This document shows positions 49,593-58,337 of a DNA stretch of 64,000 nucleotides, piece after piece (within the stretch, counting starts at the first letter, position 1; every line of letters begins with the position of its first letter). This DNA comes from a virus (lineage: Duplodnaviria > Heunggongvirae > Uroviricota > Caudoviricetes). The notes beneath the pieces are model-generated. The model was not told the DNA's origin. It ran no database searches and saw only the letters and a program-made list of their open reading frames with translations. The stretch lies in the IMG/VR virus record IMGVR_UViG_3300025942_000001, one strand, 5' to 3'. The translations under genes and the position numbers were made by a program.

Positions 49593-49621
49593 TTGACATG
49601 CTAGCTCTGACCAGCTAGACT
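49593..49621 (+). promoter_or_regulatory. promoter TTGACA-N17-TAGACT
   Basis: The elements are exact matches to the consensus. Confidence 0.5.
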
Positions 49622-49870
49622 AGACCAAGTAAGAGCCGGTGACCTTCGGTTATCCAAATTAATCTAATAAATTGACAAACACCGATAGTCAAAATATGTT
49701 TTTGCTTATAAAACTTCATACGAGCCGATGGAATTCGATTATCACACAAATTAAATTGGTTAATTAAAATAACAGGGTTAAGAGCCCAATAACTCGAATC
49801 CGCCCTATGTTCGTATAAAAACTTTGGACCGAAGCTTGCGAAATAGTTCGGTCCACTATATAATAGATAT

Positions 49871-50299
49871 ATGAAAATTTGTAGTAAATGTAAATTAGAA
49901 TTAGATATAAAAGAATTTGGTAGGCGTGGATTTAAAAAAGATGGCTCAGATTTATTACGATCGCACTGTAACAAATGTCGTGCCGAATATGATAAAAAAT
50001 GGTCTAGAGATAACAAGCATAGATACGTAGAAGATTCTGAAATACAACTGAAAAAGAAACAATACGTTATTGATCATCTCAAGAGCAATCCTTGTATAGA
50101 TTGTGGAGAAACTGATCCGATTGTCTTACAATTTGATCATGTTCGTGGCATCAAACATAGAGCCATAGCACAATTAATAGCAAGACACGCGCCTTTAATC
50201 ACTATAATAGAAGAAATTGCCAAATGTGACGTTAGATGCGCAAATTGTCATACCAGAATAACAGCAATGCGCGCTGGATTTTGGAAAACAAAATATTAA
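49871..50299 (+). CDS. HNH endonuclease (homing-endonuclease-like)
   Basis: CIDCGETDPIVLQFDHVRG...CANCH is a paralog of the ORF at 61304. Confidence 0.65.
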   Translation: MKICSKCKLELDIKEFGRRGFKKDGSDLLRSHCNKCRAEYDKKWSRDNKHRYVEDSEIQLKKKQYVIDHLKSNPCIDCGETDPIVLQFDHVRGIKHRAIAQLIARHAPLITIIEEIAKCDVRCANCHTRITAMRAGFWKTKY

Positions 50300-50322
50300 T
50301 AGCAACACATGTCCATATTCAA

Positions 50323-50394
50323 TGGGTTATAGTTTATGCGTTAAAACACCAGCATTAGGGGCTGGCGAAACTGGTTCGACTCCAGTTAACCCAC
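50323..50394 (+). tRNA. tRNA with anticodon TAG (Leu-type anticodon but a short class-I variable arm, so identity is uncertain)
   Basis: The acceptor tgggtta pairs with taaccca. The D-arm reads gttt-atgcgtta-aaac. The anticodon stem is ccagc/gctgg with loop atTAGgg. The T-arm is actgg-ttcgact-ccagt. Confidence 0.45.
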
Positions 50395-50498
50395 TTAATA
50401 AGAGGCGCAGCTTAAACGTTTATCTTCGAAAATATACACGTTGGCATTCACATCTTCTTATAATAGACTTATATACCTAACGAAAGGGTCGAATTAAA

Positions 50499-52115
50499 AT
50501 GTCAAAGGCACTAAATTCAGTTAACACAAAGAATACTGCACCAAAGCAGCAAGCAAAGTCTACTCAGGTTGTAAATAACGCCGGTGGATTTGTATTTAAG
50601 GTAAGCGACAAGGATCGTTTTGAACGCTTTCTTATTCTTGGTGTTGATGGCGGTACTTATTACGTCAAGCAGCAGGATCTTCTAAATCAGAACCTTGATT
50701 TTATTCGCGAATACATTTCAACAAATCCAATTGAAGCAATTGGCCAGATTGTTGATGTGTCTGCAAATGGTCGCGCTAAGTCTAACGACCCAGCGCTATT
50801 TGCTCTTGCATTCGCAATGAACATTGATGGTGTAGATCGTTCAATTGTTTCAGCAGCGGTGCTTAAAGTAGCCCGTACTTCTACTCATCTATTTACCTAT
50901 GCTCAGTTTCTTAAGAATCTAGGTGGATGGGGTCGAGCTAAGAAGAATTCAATCGCCAATTGGTATGAGTCAAAAGATGCCGATAAGCTGGCTTATCAAG
51001 TTGTTAAGTATCGTCAGCGCGACGGTTGGACTCATCGAGATCTATTCCGTCTGTCTCACCCTAAGGGCATTAGTACCAGCATTGGTGACTTTGTTCTAGG
51101 TAAGGATCATGCACAGGTAGATGACCTTCGTATTATTGAAGGATTCAAGGCAATTCAGAAGGCTACTTCTATCAAGGAAGTGACTGATCTAATTAAGTCA
51201 CACAATCTTCCTTGGGAGACTGCACCTACTGAATTTCACAAGAATCTAGAACTGTGGAAGACATTGTTCTATACTGACAATCTTGGTCAGACGGCGCTTC
51301 TACGAAACGTTGTTCGTATTGCCAAGCTCGGCGGATTCAATGATATGGTGTTCGCTGCTGATTACGCAAAGCGACTAGCTGATGAAGACAGAATTCACAA
51401 GGGTCTGATTCATCCAATTGAATATCTAAATGCTGCTGTTGTCTATGAAGAGGGTCAAATTGAACGTCGTGGCAACAGAAATGGTAGCTATAATAGTTAT
51501 GGTATCGATCGTAATAAGACTTGGGAAACAAACAGCAAGGTTCTTGCTGGACTAACTAAGGGATACTATGCGGCATTCAAGAATGTAGAACCTGCAAACA
51601 AGCGCACGCTAGTTGGTGTAGATGTTTCTGGATCTATGTCTTGGTCTGCTGGTCAGGGTCTTGATCTTAGTTGTGCTCAAGTTGCCGGTGCGGTAGCAAT
51701 GCAGATTGCTCGCACAGAACCTTATTCAATGATCAGAGGTTTTTCAGATTCATTCGTGGATCTAAACATCACTGAGAATGACACTCTTGCACAGGCAATG
51801 AGAAAGGTTCAGCGTAACAACTTCGGTAGTACTGATTGTTCGCTTCCTATGGAATGGGCAATTGAGAACAACGTCGAGATTGATACCTTTGTTGTCATCA
51901 CTGATAATGAAACGTATGCTGGACGACGTCATCCGTTCCAGGCTCTCAAGGCCTATAGACAACACACGGGCATCGATGCTAGACTAGCGGTGTTGGGTGT
52001 GACGGCTACGGACTTCACGATCGCGGACCCTTCAGATAAGGGAATGATGGATTTTTGCGGGTTCGATAGTTCTGGACCTGCAATGCTAGCTAATTTCTCA
52101 GCCGGTCGTATTTAA
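50499..52115 (+). CDS. rsr: Ro60-like protein (TROVE domain plus C-terminal vWA with a MIDAS motif)
   Basis: The 538-aa protein has an N-terminal TROVE-like region. The C-terminal vWA domain reads LVGVDVSGSMS (DxSxS MIDAS), followed by further T and D MIDAS residues in FGSTDCSLP. Confidence 0.7.
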   Translation: MSKALNSVNTKNTAPKQQAKSTQVVNNAGGFVFKVSDKDRFERFLILGVDGGTYYVKQQDLLNQNLDFIREYISTNPIEAIGQIVDVSANGRAKSNDPALFALAFAMNIDGVDRSIVSAAVLKVARTSTHLFTYAQFLKNLGGWGRAKKNSIANWYESKDADKLAYQVVKYRQRDGWTHRDLFRLSHPKGISTSIGDFVLGKDHAQVDDLRIIEGFKAIQKATSIKEVTDLIKSHNLPWETAPTEFHKNLELWKTLFYTDNLGQTALLRNVVRIAKLGGFNDMVFAADYAKRLADEDRIHKGLIHPIEYLNAAVVYEEGQIERRGNRNGSYNSYGIDRNKTWETNSKVLAGLTKGYYAAFKNVEPANKRTLVGVDVSGSMSWSAGQGLDLSCAQVAGAVAMQIARTEPYSMIRGFSDSFVDLNITENDTLAQAMRKVQRNNFGSTDCSLPMEWAIENNVEIDTFVVITDNETYAGRRHPFQALKAYRQHTGIDARLAVLGVTATDFTIADPSDKGMMDFCGFDSSGPAMLANFSAGRI

Positions 52116-52162
52116 AATTGAAGAGGGTTAACATTTTACTGTTAACCCTCTTCAATTTTAAG
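52115..52162 (+). terminator. strong rho-independent terminator
   Basis: A perfect 15-bp inverted repeat, ttgaagagggttaac...gttaaccctcttcaa, is followed by TTTT. Confidence 0.75.
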
Positions 52163-52170
52163 GAGAGTTT

Positions 52171-52332
52171 ATGACTAAAAAAGAAAAAGAATACGGTTAT
52201 AAAATGACCACAAGCGCTGGTACTCATACCAAATGGTGTCGTGATGAGAAAGAGCGCAATACTATAGTCAAGGCTCTGGAATCTAATAAAAGTGTTTTAA
52301 AGATCGAACGAATAGAACGACCCACCAAATAG
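52171..52332 (+). CDS. small protein family A member (53 aa)
   Basis: An RBS AGGAGA is present. The NTIVKALESNK segment matches NTIVNREKRK in the ORF at 38261. Confidence 0.45.
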   Translation: MTKKEKEYGYKMTTSAGTHTKWCRDEKERNTIVKALESNKSVLKIERIERPTK

Positions 52333-52375
52333 AATTCATGTGCCATTAAGTCTAACCAACTTGGTGTTATATGAC

Positions 52376-52466
52376 AGGGGGTTCACGGTGTACGGTGATC
52401 TGGTCTTTTGGCTATGGTGGCTGGTGGAAGGTGATCCTAATGTAGGTTCGACTCCTACGCCCTCGC
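52376..52466 (+). ncRNA. tRNA-like structured RNA (candidate Y-RNA-like element next to rsr)
   Basis: The 5' segment agggggt pairs with the 3' segment gccctcg through G-U wobbles. A canonical T-arm gtagg-ttcgact-cctac is present. The G/U-rich centre does not form a standard D- or anticodon arm. Confidence 0.35.
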
Positions 52467-52619
52467 GTGTCAATCACATATTATAAATTCGAAGTTGTTT
52501 GGAAAGATCCAGATAAAAAGCCTGAGACCTTTAGATTTATTAAAGAAAATGCTAGAGATCGAGCTTTTATGAAATATGCTAATCGTGACGATGTAAAAAC
52601 TGTTCAATACAAAAAGTAA
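52467..52619 (+). CDS. small protein family A member (50 aa, GTG start, ends in VQYKK)
   Basis: YKFEVVWKDPDKK...KTVQYKK. No ATG is available in frame. Confidence 0.35.
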   Translation: MSITYYKFEVVWKDPDKKPETFRFIKENARDRAFMKYANRDDVKTVQYKK

Positions 52620-52638
52620 ACTAACAAAGGAAAATTAA

Positions 52639-53553
52639 ATGGGTGCTATTATCTTTCTGGCCGTCGTGGCAATTGTATTTCTTATTGCTGTAGGATCTGG
52701 TCTTGCTATGCGAAGTTCGTCGGATAAGGCAGTAGCCTTCGGTATTGCCGGAACTGTTTTTGTTCTATTCTGGATTGTATGGATCTTTTCTTCAGTATTC
52801 AGCGTTGAAGCGCGAAGCGTAGGAATCATCGTTGAATTTGGAAAGTCTGTTGGTAGAGCTGGACCGGGAATTCATATGGCAAGCCCTTGGAGTGATGTAA
52901 CGCATTTCTCCACCGGAAATCAGCCACTCGATTTTGATGGAACTGATGGTTCTGGTTCACCGATTGCATTCAAGCTTTCTGGTGAAAAGGATGCAAGTGG
53001 AATTGACACTTCCGGTGGTGAAGCATTTGCCAATGTGAATATTACTTGGCAGGTAGCAGATGATGACAAGGCAATCAATCTGTGGAATAATTGGAAAGAA
53101 TTTGATAGAGTTAAGGATGCTCTTGTTTCCAAGAATTCACAATCAGAAGTAGCTGGTTATATGGGTCAGTATACGGCTGATCAAGCAAACAAGGGTGCCA
53201 ATCTCAGCAAGTTCAGTGCTGAACTTAAGGATGTTCTGAACAAGCGTTTTGCTAATGATGGTATCAGAATTGAAAGTGTTGCTGTGATGAAGGTTGATCT
53301 TTCTGGGCCTGTACAGGATCGAATGAATAAGAAGATTCAGGATCAGGAAGATTCAAATCGTGCTAAGCTTAAGCAGGCTACGGCAATTATTGAGGCTGAC
53401 ACTAATAAGATCAAGCAATCACAGCTAACTGATCTTGTTAATGCTGCAAACTGTCTTGAGATCACAAACAACTGGAATGATGACAAAAATGGTCCTCTTC
53501 CTGCTGGATGGAATTGCATGGGTTCTGCACCTTTTGTAGCTACAAACCGATAA
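52639..53553 (+). CDS. SPFH/band-7 (stomatin/prohibitin-like) membrane protein
   Basis: The N-terminus has a TM helix. An SPFH-like segment RSVGIIVEFGKSVGRAGPGIHMASPW follows. Confidence 0.6.
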   Translation: MGAIIFLAVVAIVFLIAVGSGLAMRSSSDKAVAFGIAGTVFVLFWIVWIFSSVFSVEARSVGIIVEFGKSVGRAGPGIHMASPWSDVTHFSTGNQPLDFDGTDGSGSPIAFKLSGEKDASGIDTSGGEAFANVNITWQVADDDKAINLWNNWKEFDRVKDALVSKNSQSEVAGYMGQYTADQANKGANLSKFSAELKDVLNKRFANDGIRIESVAVMKVDLSGPVQDRMNKKIQDQEDSNRAKLKQATAIIEADTNKIKQSQLTDLVNAANCLEITNNWNDDKNGPLPAGWNCMGSAPFVATNR

Positions 53554-53557
53554 TTTA

Positions 53558-53578
53558 GAAGCTAGCCGAAAGGCTAGC
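53558..53578 (+). repeat. 21-nt hairpin repeat gaagctagccGAAAggctagc (copy 1), abutting the tRNA 5' end
   Basis: A 7-bp stem with a GAAA loop. The identical 21-mer recurs at 59750-59770. Confidence 0.6.
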
Positions 53579-53581
53579 CAA

Positions 53582-53654
53582 GCTTTCGTAGCTCAGGGGA
53601 TAGAGCTTTGGTTTCCTAAACCAAGAGTCGCGAGTTCGAATCTCGCCGGAAGCA
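53582..53654 (+). tRNA. tRNA-Arg (CCT)
   Basis: The acceptor gctttcg pairs with cggaagc. The D-arm reads gctc-aggggata-gagc. The anticodon stem is ttggt/accaa with loop ttCCTaa. The T-arm is gcgag-ttcgaat-ctcgc. Confidence 0.7.
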
Positions 53655-53655
53655 C

Positions 53656-53802
53656 ATGAATAAATCATTGGAAAATCTTGAATCAGAAGTAAGCAGAAAG
53701 GTAACAGTGCTAGCCAATACCACTGATCCTACTAGAATGAAACAGCTCAATAAAGAAATTGATGCTTTAAATACAAGAATTAAAGCAATGAAAGGGAAAT
53801 AA
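53656..53802 (+). CDS. small coiled-coil protein (48 aa)
   Basis: The ATG lies 1 nt after the tRNA. Confidence 0.35.
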   Translation: MNKSLENLESEVSRKVTVLANTTDPTRMKQLNKEIDALNTRIKAMKGK

Positions 53803-53803
53803 A

Positions 53804-53962
53804 ATGGCTATTGGCGATAAAGCATGGTTGGAAAATGAAAAACGTAAGCTTATCAATCAAAGAACTGTAGCTATTGTTGCAGGTAAACGCTTGAAGGTTT
53901 ATCGCCTTAACAATCAGATTGCCAAGATCGAACAGCAAATTAAAGACATGCGAGGAAATTAA
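53804..53962 (+). CDS. small coiled-coil protein (52 aa)
   Basis: It is coupled to the previous ORF. Confidence 0.35.
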   Translation: MAIGDKAWLENEKRKLINQRTVAIVAGKRLKVYRLNNQIAKIEQQIKDMRGN

Positions 53963-53964
53963 AC

Positions 53965-54786
53965 ATGTCCAAAATATTGGTGATGGGTGACATTCATGGA
54001 AACTGGATTTGGGCAAAAAAGATTATTGATGTAGCTGTTGCTGAAGACATCGATAAAATTATTCAAGTTGGTGATTTTGGAGTTTGGCCAGGTCCGGAAG
54101 GCAGAGAATATCTTTTAATTTTATCCAGATATCTAGTAAAGAAAAGCAAAAAGCTGGGTAGACAAGTTAATCTATATTTTCTGCCGGGCAATCACGAAGA
54201 CTACAATCAAATCGATCAGTGGATGCTTAATATCAAACCAAATGAATATGGACATCGAGAGATCGAACCTAATCTTTTCTATACTGGCAAAGTAAATAGT
54301 TGGATTTGGGAAGGTAAAAAGTTCGGTGTGGTCGGCGGTGCAGTCTCCATTGATAGACGTAGTCGTAAACTCAATGAATCTTGGTGGCCGCAAGAGGTTC
54401 TTACTGCTGAAGAAATTGATCAAGCCAAAGAACTAGGCAAGATCGACTATCTATTCACACATGATTGTCCAACACAACATCCATTCAACTTTCTGATTGA
54501 TCACCTTGATTCCACTATTCATCGTCAATACATGACTGACATTGCCAGAGTGCTTAAGCCAAAAGCATGGTTCCACGGTCACTATCATCACTATGCAGAG
54601 TATTTATTTCATCATGATACCGGAGTGACCCCAGTTTATTCTCTGGATGCTGACGTACGTGCTACACACTCTCCAAGTCTTCAGCGTCATACGGTTGTGC
54701 TGGACGTAGAGACTGGTGTAGTATCCAGCATAGACAAGCAGTTCGAGTGGTTCGGTCAGAGATTCTATTTTGATAGGGAGCGTTAA
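53965..54786 (+). CDS. Calcineurin-like metallophosphatase (lambda-PPase or ApaH-like)
   Basis: Motifs present are GDIHGN, VGDFGVW, GNHEDY and GHYHH. Confidence 0.65.
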   Translation: MSKILVMGDIHGNWIWAKKIIDVAVAEDIDKIIQVGDFGVWPGPEGREYLLILSRYLVKKSKKLGRQVNLYFLPGNHEDYNQIDQWMLNIKPNEYGHREIEPNLFYTGKVNSWIWEGKKFGVVGGAVSIDRRSRKLNESWWPQEVLTAEEIDQAKELGKIDYLFTHDCPTQHPFNFLIDHLDSTIHRQYMTDIARVLKPKAWFHGHYHHYAEYLFHHDTGVTPVYSLDADVRATHSPSLQRHTVVLDVETGVVSSIDKQFEWFGQRFYFDRER

Positions 54787-54787
54787 G

Positions 54788-55522
54788 ATGATGCATTCCA
54801 GTCTTGGTATGCGTATGAAAGAATATGAAAAGAATTCTGCCACAGAAAAAGGCGTTAATATTATCCGTCTTGATGGCAGAGCTTTTCATACATGGACAAA
54901 GAAAGTTCTAAGGCATAAAACACCTTTTAGTTATGTTGTTCATGATTGTATGACTCATGCAACCGAAGCTTTGGCATCGGAAATGCAAGGATTTAAACTT
55001 GCTTATACACAATCAGATGAGGCTACTCTTCTGATGGAAAACCTGGGTGAAAGAACTGAAGCTTGGTTCGGCGGAAAGACGCAAAAGATTGCTAGTATTG
55101 CCGCGTCTATTTTTACTTACGCTTTTAATAGCCGTTACAATTATTATGTGGACACTCTTGGCTATGCAGATATTCCTGCCTACTTTGATGCTCGTGTTCA
55201 TTCTATCCCTGTAGAAGATGCACCAAATAATTTTGTATGGCGACAAAAGGATTGGCAGCGTAATTCAATTCAAATGCTAGGTCAATTCCATCTTGGTCAA
55301 TCTGTGATGAATGGATTGAGCAATCAGCAAGTTATCAATGACCTTAATTTTCATGGAATCTATTGGGATTATCTAGATGAATGGAAGAAATATGGAACAT
55401 TCATCGGTAGGAATCATCTAGATCCTAAAGAGAACAGGCGTTTTGTGACATTTTCAGACTATTTATCTTATAAAGATGTCGCAATTCATGCAGACATTCA
55501 TAATTACATTGATTGGGATTAA
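54788..55522 (+). CDS. Thg1-like tRNA-His guanylyltransferase (3'-5' nucleotidyltransferase)
   Basis: NIIRLDGRAFH matches the VVVRLDGRNFH motif of Thg1. YTQSDEATL matches YGQSDEYSF. TQKIASIAASIFTYAFN matches ASKFMTHVASQFAS. Confidence 0.75.
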   Translation: MMHSSLGMRMKEYEKNSATEKGVNIIRLDGRAFHTWTKKVLRHKTPFSYVVHDCMTHATEALASEMQGFKLAYTQSDEATLLMENLGERTEAWFGGKTQKIASIAASIFTYAFNSRYNYYVDTLGYADIPAYFDARVHSIPVEDAPNNFVWRQKDWQRNSIQMLGQFHLGQSVMNGLSNQQVINDLNFHGIYWDYLDEWKKYGTFIGRNHLDPKENRRFVTFSDYLSYKDVAIHADIHNYIDWD

Positions 55523-55525
55523 TAA

Positions 55526-57436
55526 ATGCTACCTACTAAAACAGATATTCGTGTAAGTGGTGATTTGGGCGGGGAAAGAGTACAGATGCGCCTTGATGCC
55601 GATAGTACAGCGCATCTTATGTCACTATTGACAGATCTATATTCTGACCCGCTTCTAGCAGTAATCAGAGAATATAGTACAAATGCGTGGGATTCTCATG
55701 TAGCTGCTGGTGTAAATAAGCCAATTGAGGTAACCACGCCAAACTATCTAACATCAACATTCCGTGTCAAGGATTCTGGTCTTGGTATGGATGCAAATGA
55801 TATTCGTGAAATCTATTCAAGCTATGGTGCTTCTACCAAGCGATCAAGCAATGATCAGGTCGGTATGCTTGGTCTTGGTAGTAAGAGTGGTTTGACTTAT
55901 ACTGATCAATTTAATGTTATCGGCATTAAGAATGGTGTAAAGACAAGTGTTGCCGTTTCACGTTCTGGTGATGGTGGCGGTGTCATGGAAATCATTGATG
56001 CTTCTCCCACCAATGAACCTAATGGTGTTGAGATTATTGTTCCTATTAAAAGCAACAGCAATATTTTGAGTAAAGCTGAACAGTTCTTCAGATTTTGGGA
56101 ACCAGGCAGGGTTTTGCTTAATGGTAAAGAGCCGCATTACATCTGGGAAGATGCAACCCAGGTCGGCAGATTTTATATCATCAATGATACAACCGACTAT
56201 GTTGTCATGGGTAACGTGGCTTATCCGGTAAAGAATGAGATTACCGGACAAGAGGGTTATAATCGTGAACGTGCTGTCGTGAAAGTTGACATCGGTGATG
56301 TTACTTTTACTCCTTCACGTGAATCATTGCAGATGACTCTTACTACTAAGAAAATGCTTGAAAGTCTACGTGAAGAATTCGCAGCCGAAGTAGTCAAAGA
56401 AATTGAAGTAAAGCTTTCAGCCTGTAACACCTACAAAGAAGCCTATAAAATGTTCAAGTCTTTAAGAAACATGAACACTTTTACCAGGCATATGAACAAT
56501 GCAACCTATAAGGGTGCAAAGTACATCGAATCTTATAGGTTCGATTGGCATGTCAGCGGTTTTCATCGTGATCAAATCAGTGCGGTGGAAGCTAGAAACT
56601 CCAGTCTAGGTTATGGTCTTGATAACATAGTTATTATTCATGGCTTTGATTGTGCTAGACTGAATGCCCCACAGAAAAAGAAAATAAAACTGTATCTTGA
56701 GGACAATGGAATTCTTACTGGACAAGCTGTAGTCTTTGTCAATAAAAACAAGCCTGATTCAGTATGGTTCAGTGAATGTCATCAGGTTGAATGGAAGACA
56801 ATCAAGGCTATCAAGTTGGAGTCCACGCGGGTAGTAAGAACACAAGACACTTGGGATGTTCTTCGTTCCCGTGGTAATAGAGATTACAATCAGATTGTAG
56901 ACAATACAAAGAAGCTTATTTATGCTTCCGGCGCTGAGATCAATGCTGATGCTGATCCTATTCTTGATATTCTTATTAATAACGATACTCAATTTCTTTT
57001 GGTTGGTAAAAATCGTCAAGACAAGTTCATCAAGGCTAATCCAAAAGCCGTATATTGGCTTGACGAGGCTAAGACCAGAGTGCTACACTATATTGACAAC
57101 GTAGCAAAAGATGACATTAAACTGATCGACCAAGATATGAATCACATTGATATTCTATCAAGACTGGATATGTCAAAAATTGATGATCCGGAAGTTAGTA
57201 GTATTGTATTCAGTGGTTCAGTAAATTCCCAGCATAAGGCACAAGAGCGATATAGCAATTATCGTAGATTGGCATCAAGGCTAAAGGTTGCGGGGATGCC
57301 AGAACGTCTTGGTCGTGGAAGTACAAATCTACTTGATAATTATCCTATGCTTACACAGCTTGGATATAATTGTAGATATATTCCAGAAGATCACATCTAT
57401 GCTTACATGAATGCCATTTATGATTTAGGCCTATAA
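55526..57436 (+). CDS. Hsp90/HtpG-like GHKL ATPase-domain protein (636 aa)
   Basis: The N-box reads LMSLLTDLYSDPLLAVIREYSTNAWDS, close to the Hsp90 segment [27 protein letters not shown]. The G1 box reads KDSGLGM and the G2 box reads GMLGLGSKSG. Confidence 0.5.
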   Translation: MLPTKTDIRVSGDLGGERVQMRLDADSTAHLMSLLTDLYSDPLLAVIREYSTNAWDSHVAAGVNKPIEVTTPNYLTSTFRVKDSGLGMDANDIREIYSSYGASTKRSSNDQVGMLGLGSKSGLTYTDQFNVIGIKNGVKTSVAVSRSGDGGGVMEIIDASPTNEPNGVEIIVPIKSNSNILSKAEQFFRFWEPGRVLLNGKEPHYIWEDATQVGRFYIINDTTDYVVMGNVAYPVKNEITGQEGYNRERAVVKVDIGDVTFTPSRESLQMTLTTKKMLESLREEFAAEVVKEIEVKLSACNTYKEAYKMFKSLRNMNTFTRHMNNATYKGAKYIESYRFDWHVSGFHRDQISAVEARNSSLGYGLDNIVIIHGFDCARLNAPQKKKIKLYLEDNGILTGQAVVFVNKNKPDSVWFSECHQVEWKTIKAIKLESTRVVRTQDTWDVLRSRGNRDYNQIVDNTKKLIYASGAEINADADPILDILINNDTQFLLVGKNRQDKFIKANPKAVYWLDEAKTRVLHYIDNVAKDDIKLIDQDMNHIDILSRLDMSKIDDPEVSSIVFSGSVNSQHKAQERYSNYRRLASRLKVAGMPERLGRGSTNLLDNYPMLTQLGYNCRYIPEDHIYAYMNAIYDLGL

Positions 57437-57464
57437 AATAAACCAACCCGAAAGGTAAATAAAC

Positions 57465-58322
57465 ATGTCAAGAGCGGTAAAATATAATCTAGTATGCAAT
57501 GAATCAGATAATATTACAGTTTTCGTGGCCGGTGAAATGTATGTCGCGGATTCAGATCACAATCCTAACTTTTCAGAGATCGTAGAAAAAGTACTGGCTG
57601 ACGATGTTTCAGTAGTAGAATTATTCGATCTAGAGAAGACAGTTAGTAAGAAGTTTGAAAGACTATCAGAGCGAGTTGTTGTTCGTAATGGCAATATCTA
57701 CTTTGATGGATCACCTGTTAACGATGTTCTTGGTAAGCAAGTTCTAAGATTCGTTGAAGATGACGTAGAAGATTGGCAGCCTCTTGTTCTATTCTGGGAA
57801 AATCTAGCTCAGAATCCCAATGAGCATTCACGTGAACAACTTTACAGTTGGCTTAATGATCGTAAATTCCAGATTTCTAAGAATGGTAACATTGTTGGAT
57901 TTAAGGGTGTCAAGGTAGTTAATGGTGAATATCGTTCAATTCACGCCGGTCCGGCAATTGTGGATGACGTCGAAATGAATGGATATATTCCTAATGCCAT
58001 TGGTTCAGTAATTGAAATGCCTAGAGCAAATGTTCAGTCTAATTCAGCCGTAGGTTGTTCAACTGGTCTACATGTTGGTACATATGACTATGCGAAGGAT
58101 TTTGCTCAGGGCGCGGTGCTAACTGTTTCAGTTAATCCTCGTGATGTTGTATCAGTTCCCTCTGATTGCAATGCAGCCAAGCTTAGAGTATGTCGTTATC
58201 GTGTAGTCAATGCAACAGCGGTGGAATGGTCAAGTGCTGTCTCTGACGTTGAAGATGATGAGTCTGATTATTATGACGACGGCTATGAATATGAAGACAC
58301 CAATGACTATTGGACTTCCTAA
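57465..58322 (+). CDS. hypothetical protein with an acidic C-terminal tail
   Basis: ORF of 285 aa. The putative RBS ccgaaagg lies upstream. Confidence 0.4.
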   Translation: MSRAVKYNLVCNESDNITVFVAGEMYVADSDHNPNFSEIVEKVLADDVSVVELFDLEKTVSKKFERLSERVVVRNGNIYFDGSPVNDVLGKQVLRFVEDDVEDWQPLVLFWENLAQNPNEHSREQLYSWLNDRKFQISKNGNIVGFKGVKVVNGEYRSIHAGPAIVDDVEMNGYIPNAIGSVIEMPRANVQSNSAVGCSTGLHVGTYDYAKDFAQGAVLTVSVNPRDVVSVPSDCNAAKLRVCRYRVVNATAVEWSSAVSDVEDDESDYYDDGYEYEDTNDYWTS

Positions 58323-58337
58323 TGCTATAATTGGTTT

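Noticed and set aside
49615-50016. Minus-strand ORF of 133 aa
   Set aside because: It overlaps the consensus promoter, the structured leader and the start of the plus-strand HNH gene. Every supported gene in the window is on the + strand. Its composition looks like an antisense artefact.
55526-57436. Calling the GHKL protein a topoisomerase II or gyrase B subunit
   Set aside because: The N-box matches the Hsp90 lid, not the GyrB N-box (DNxxDE). No TOPRIM or transducer motifs are seen downstream.
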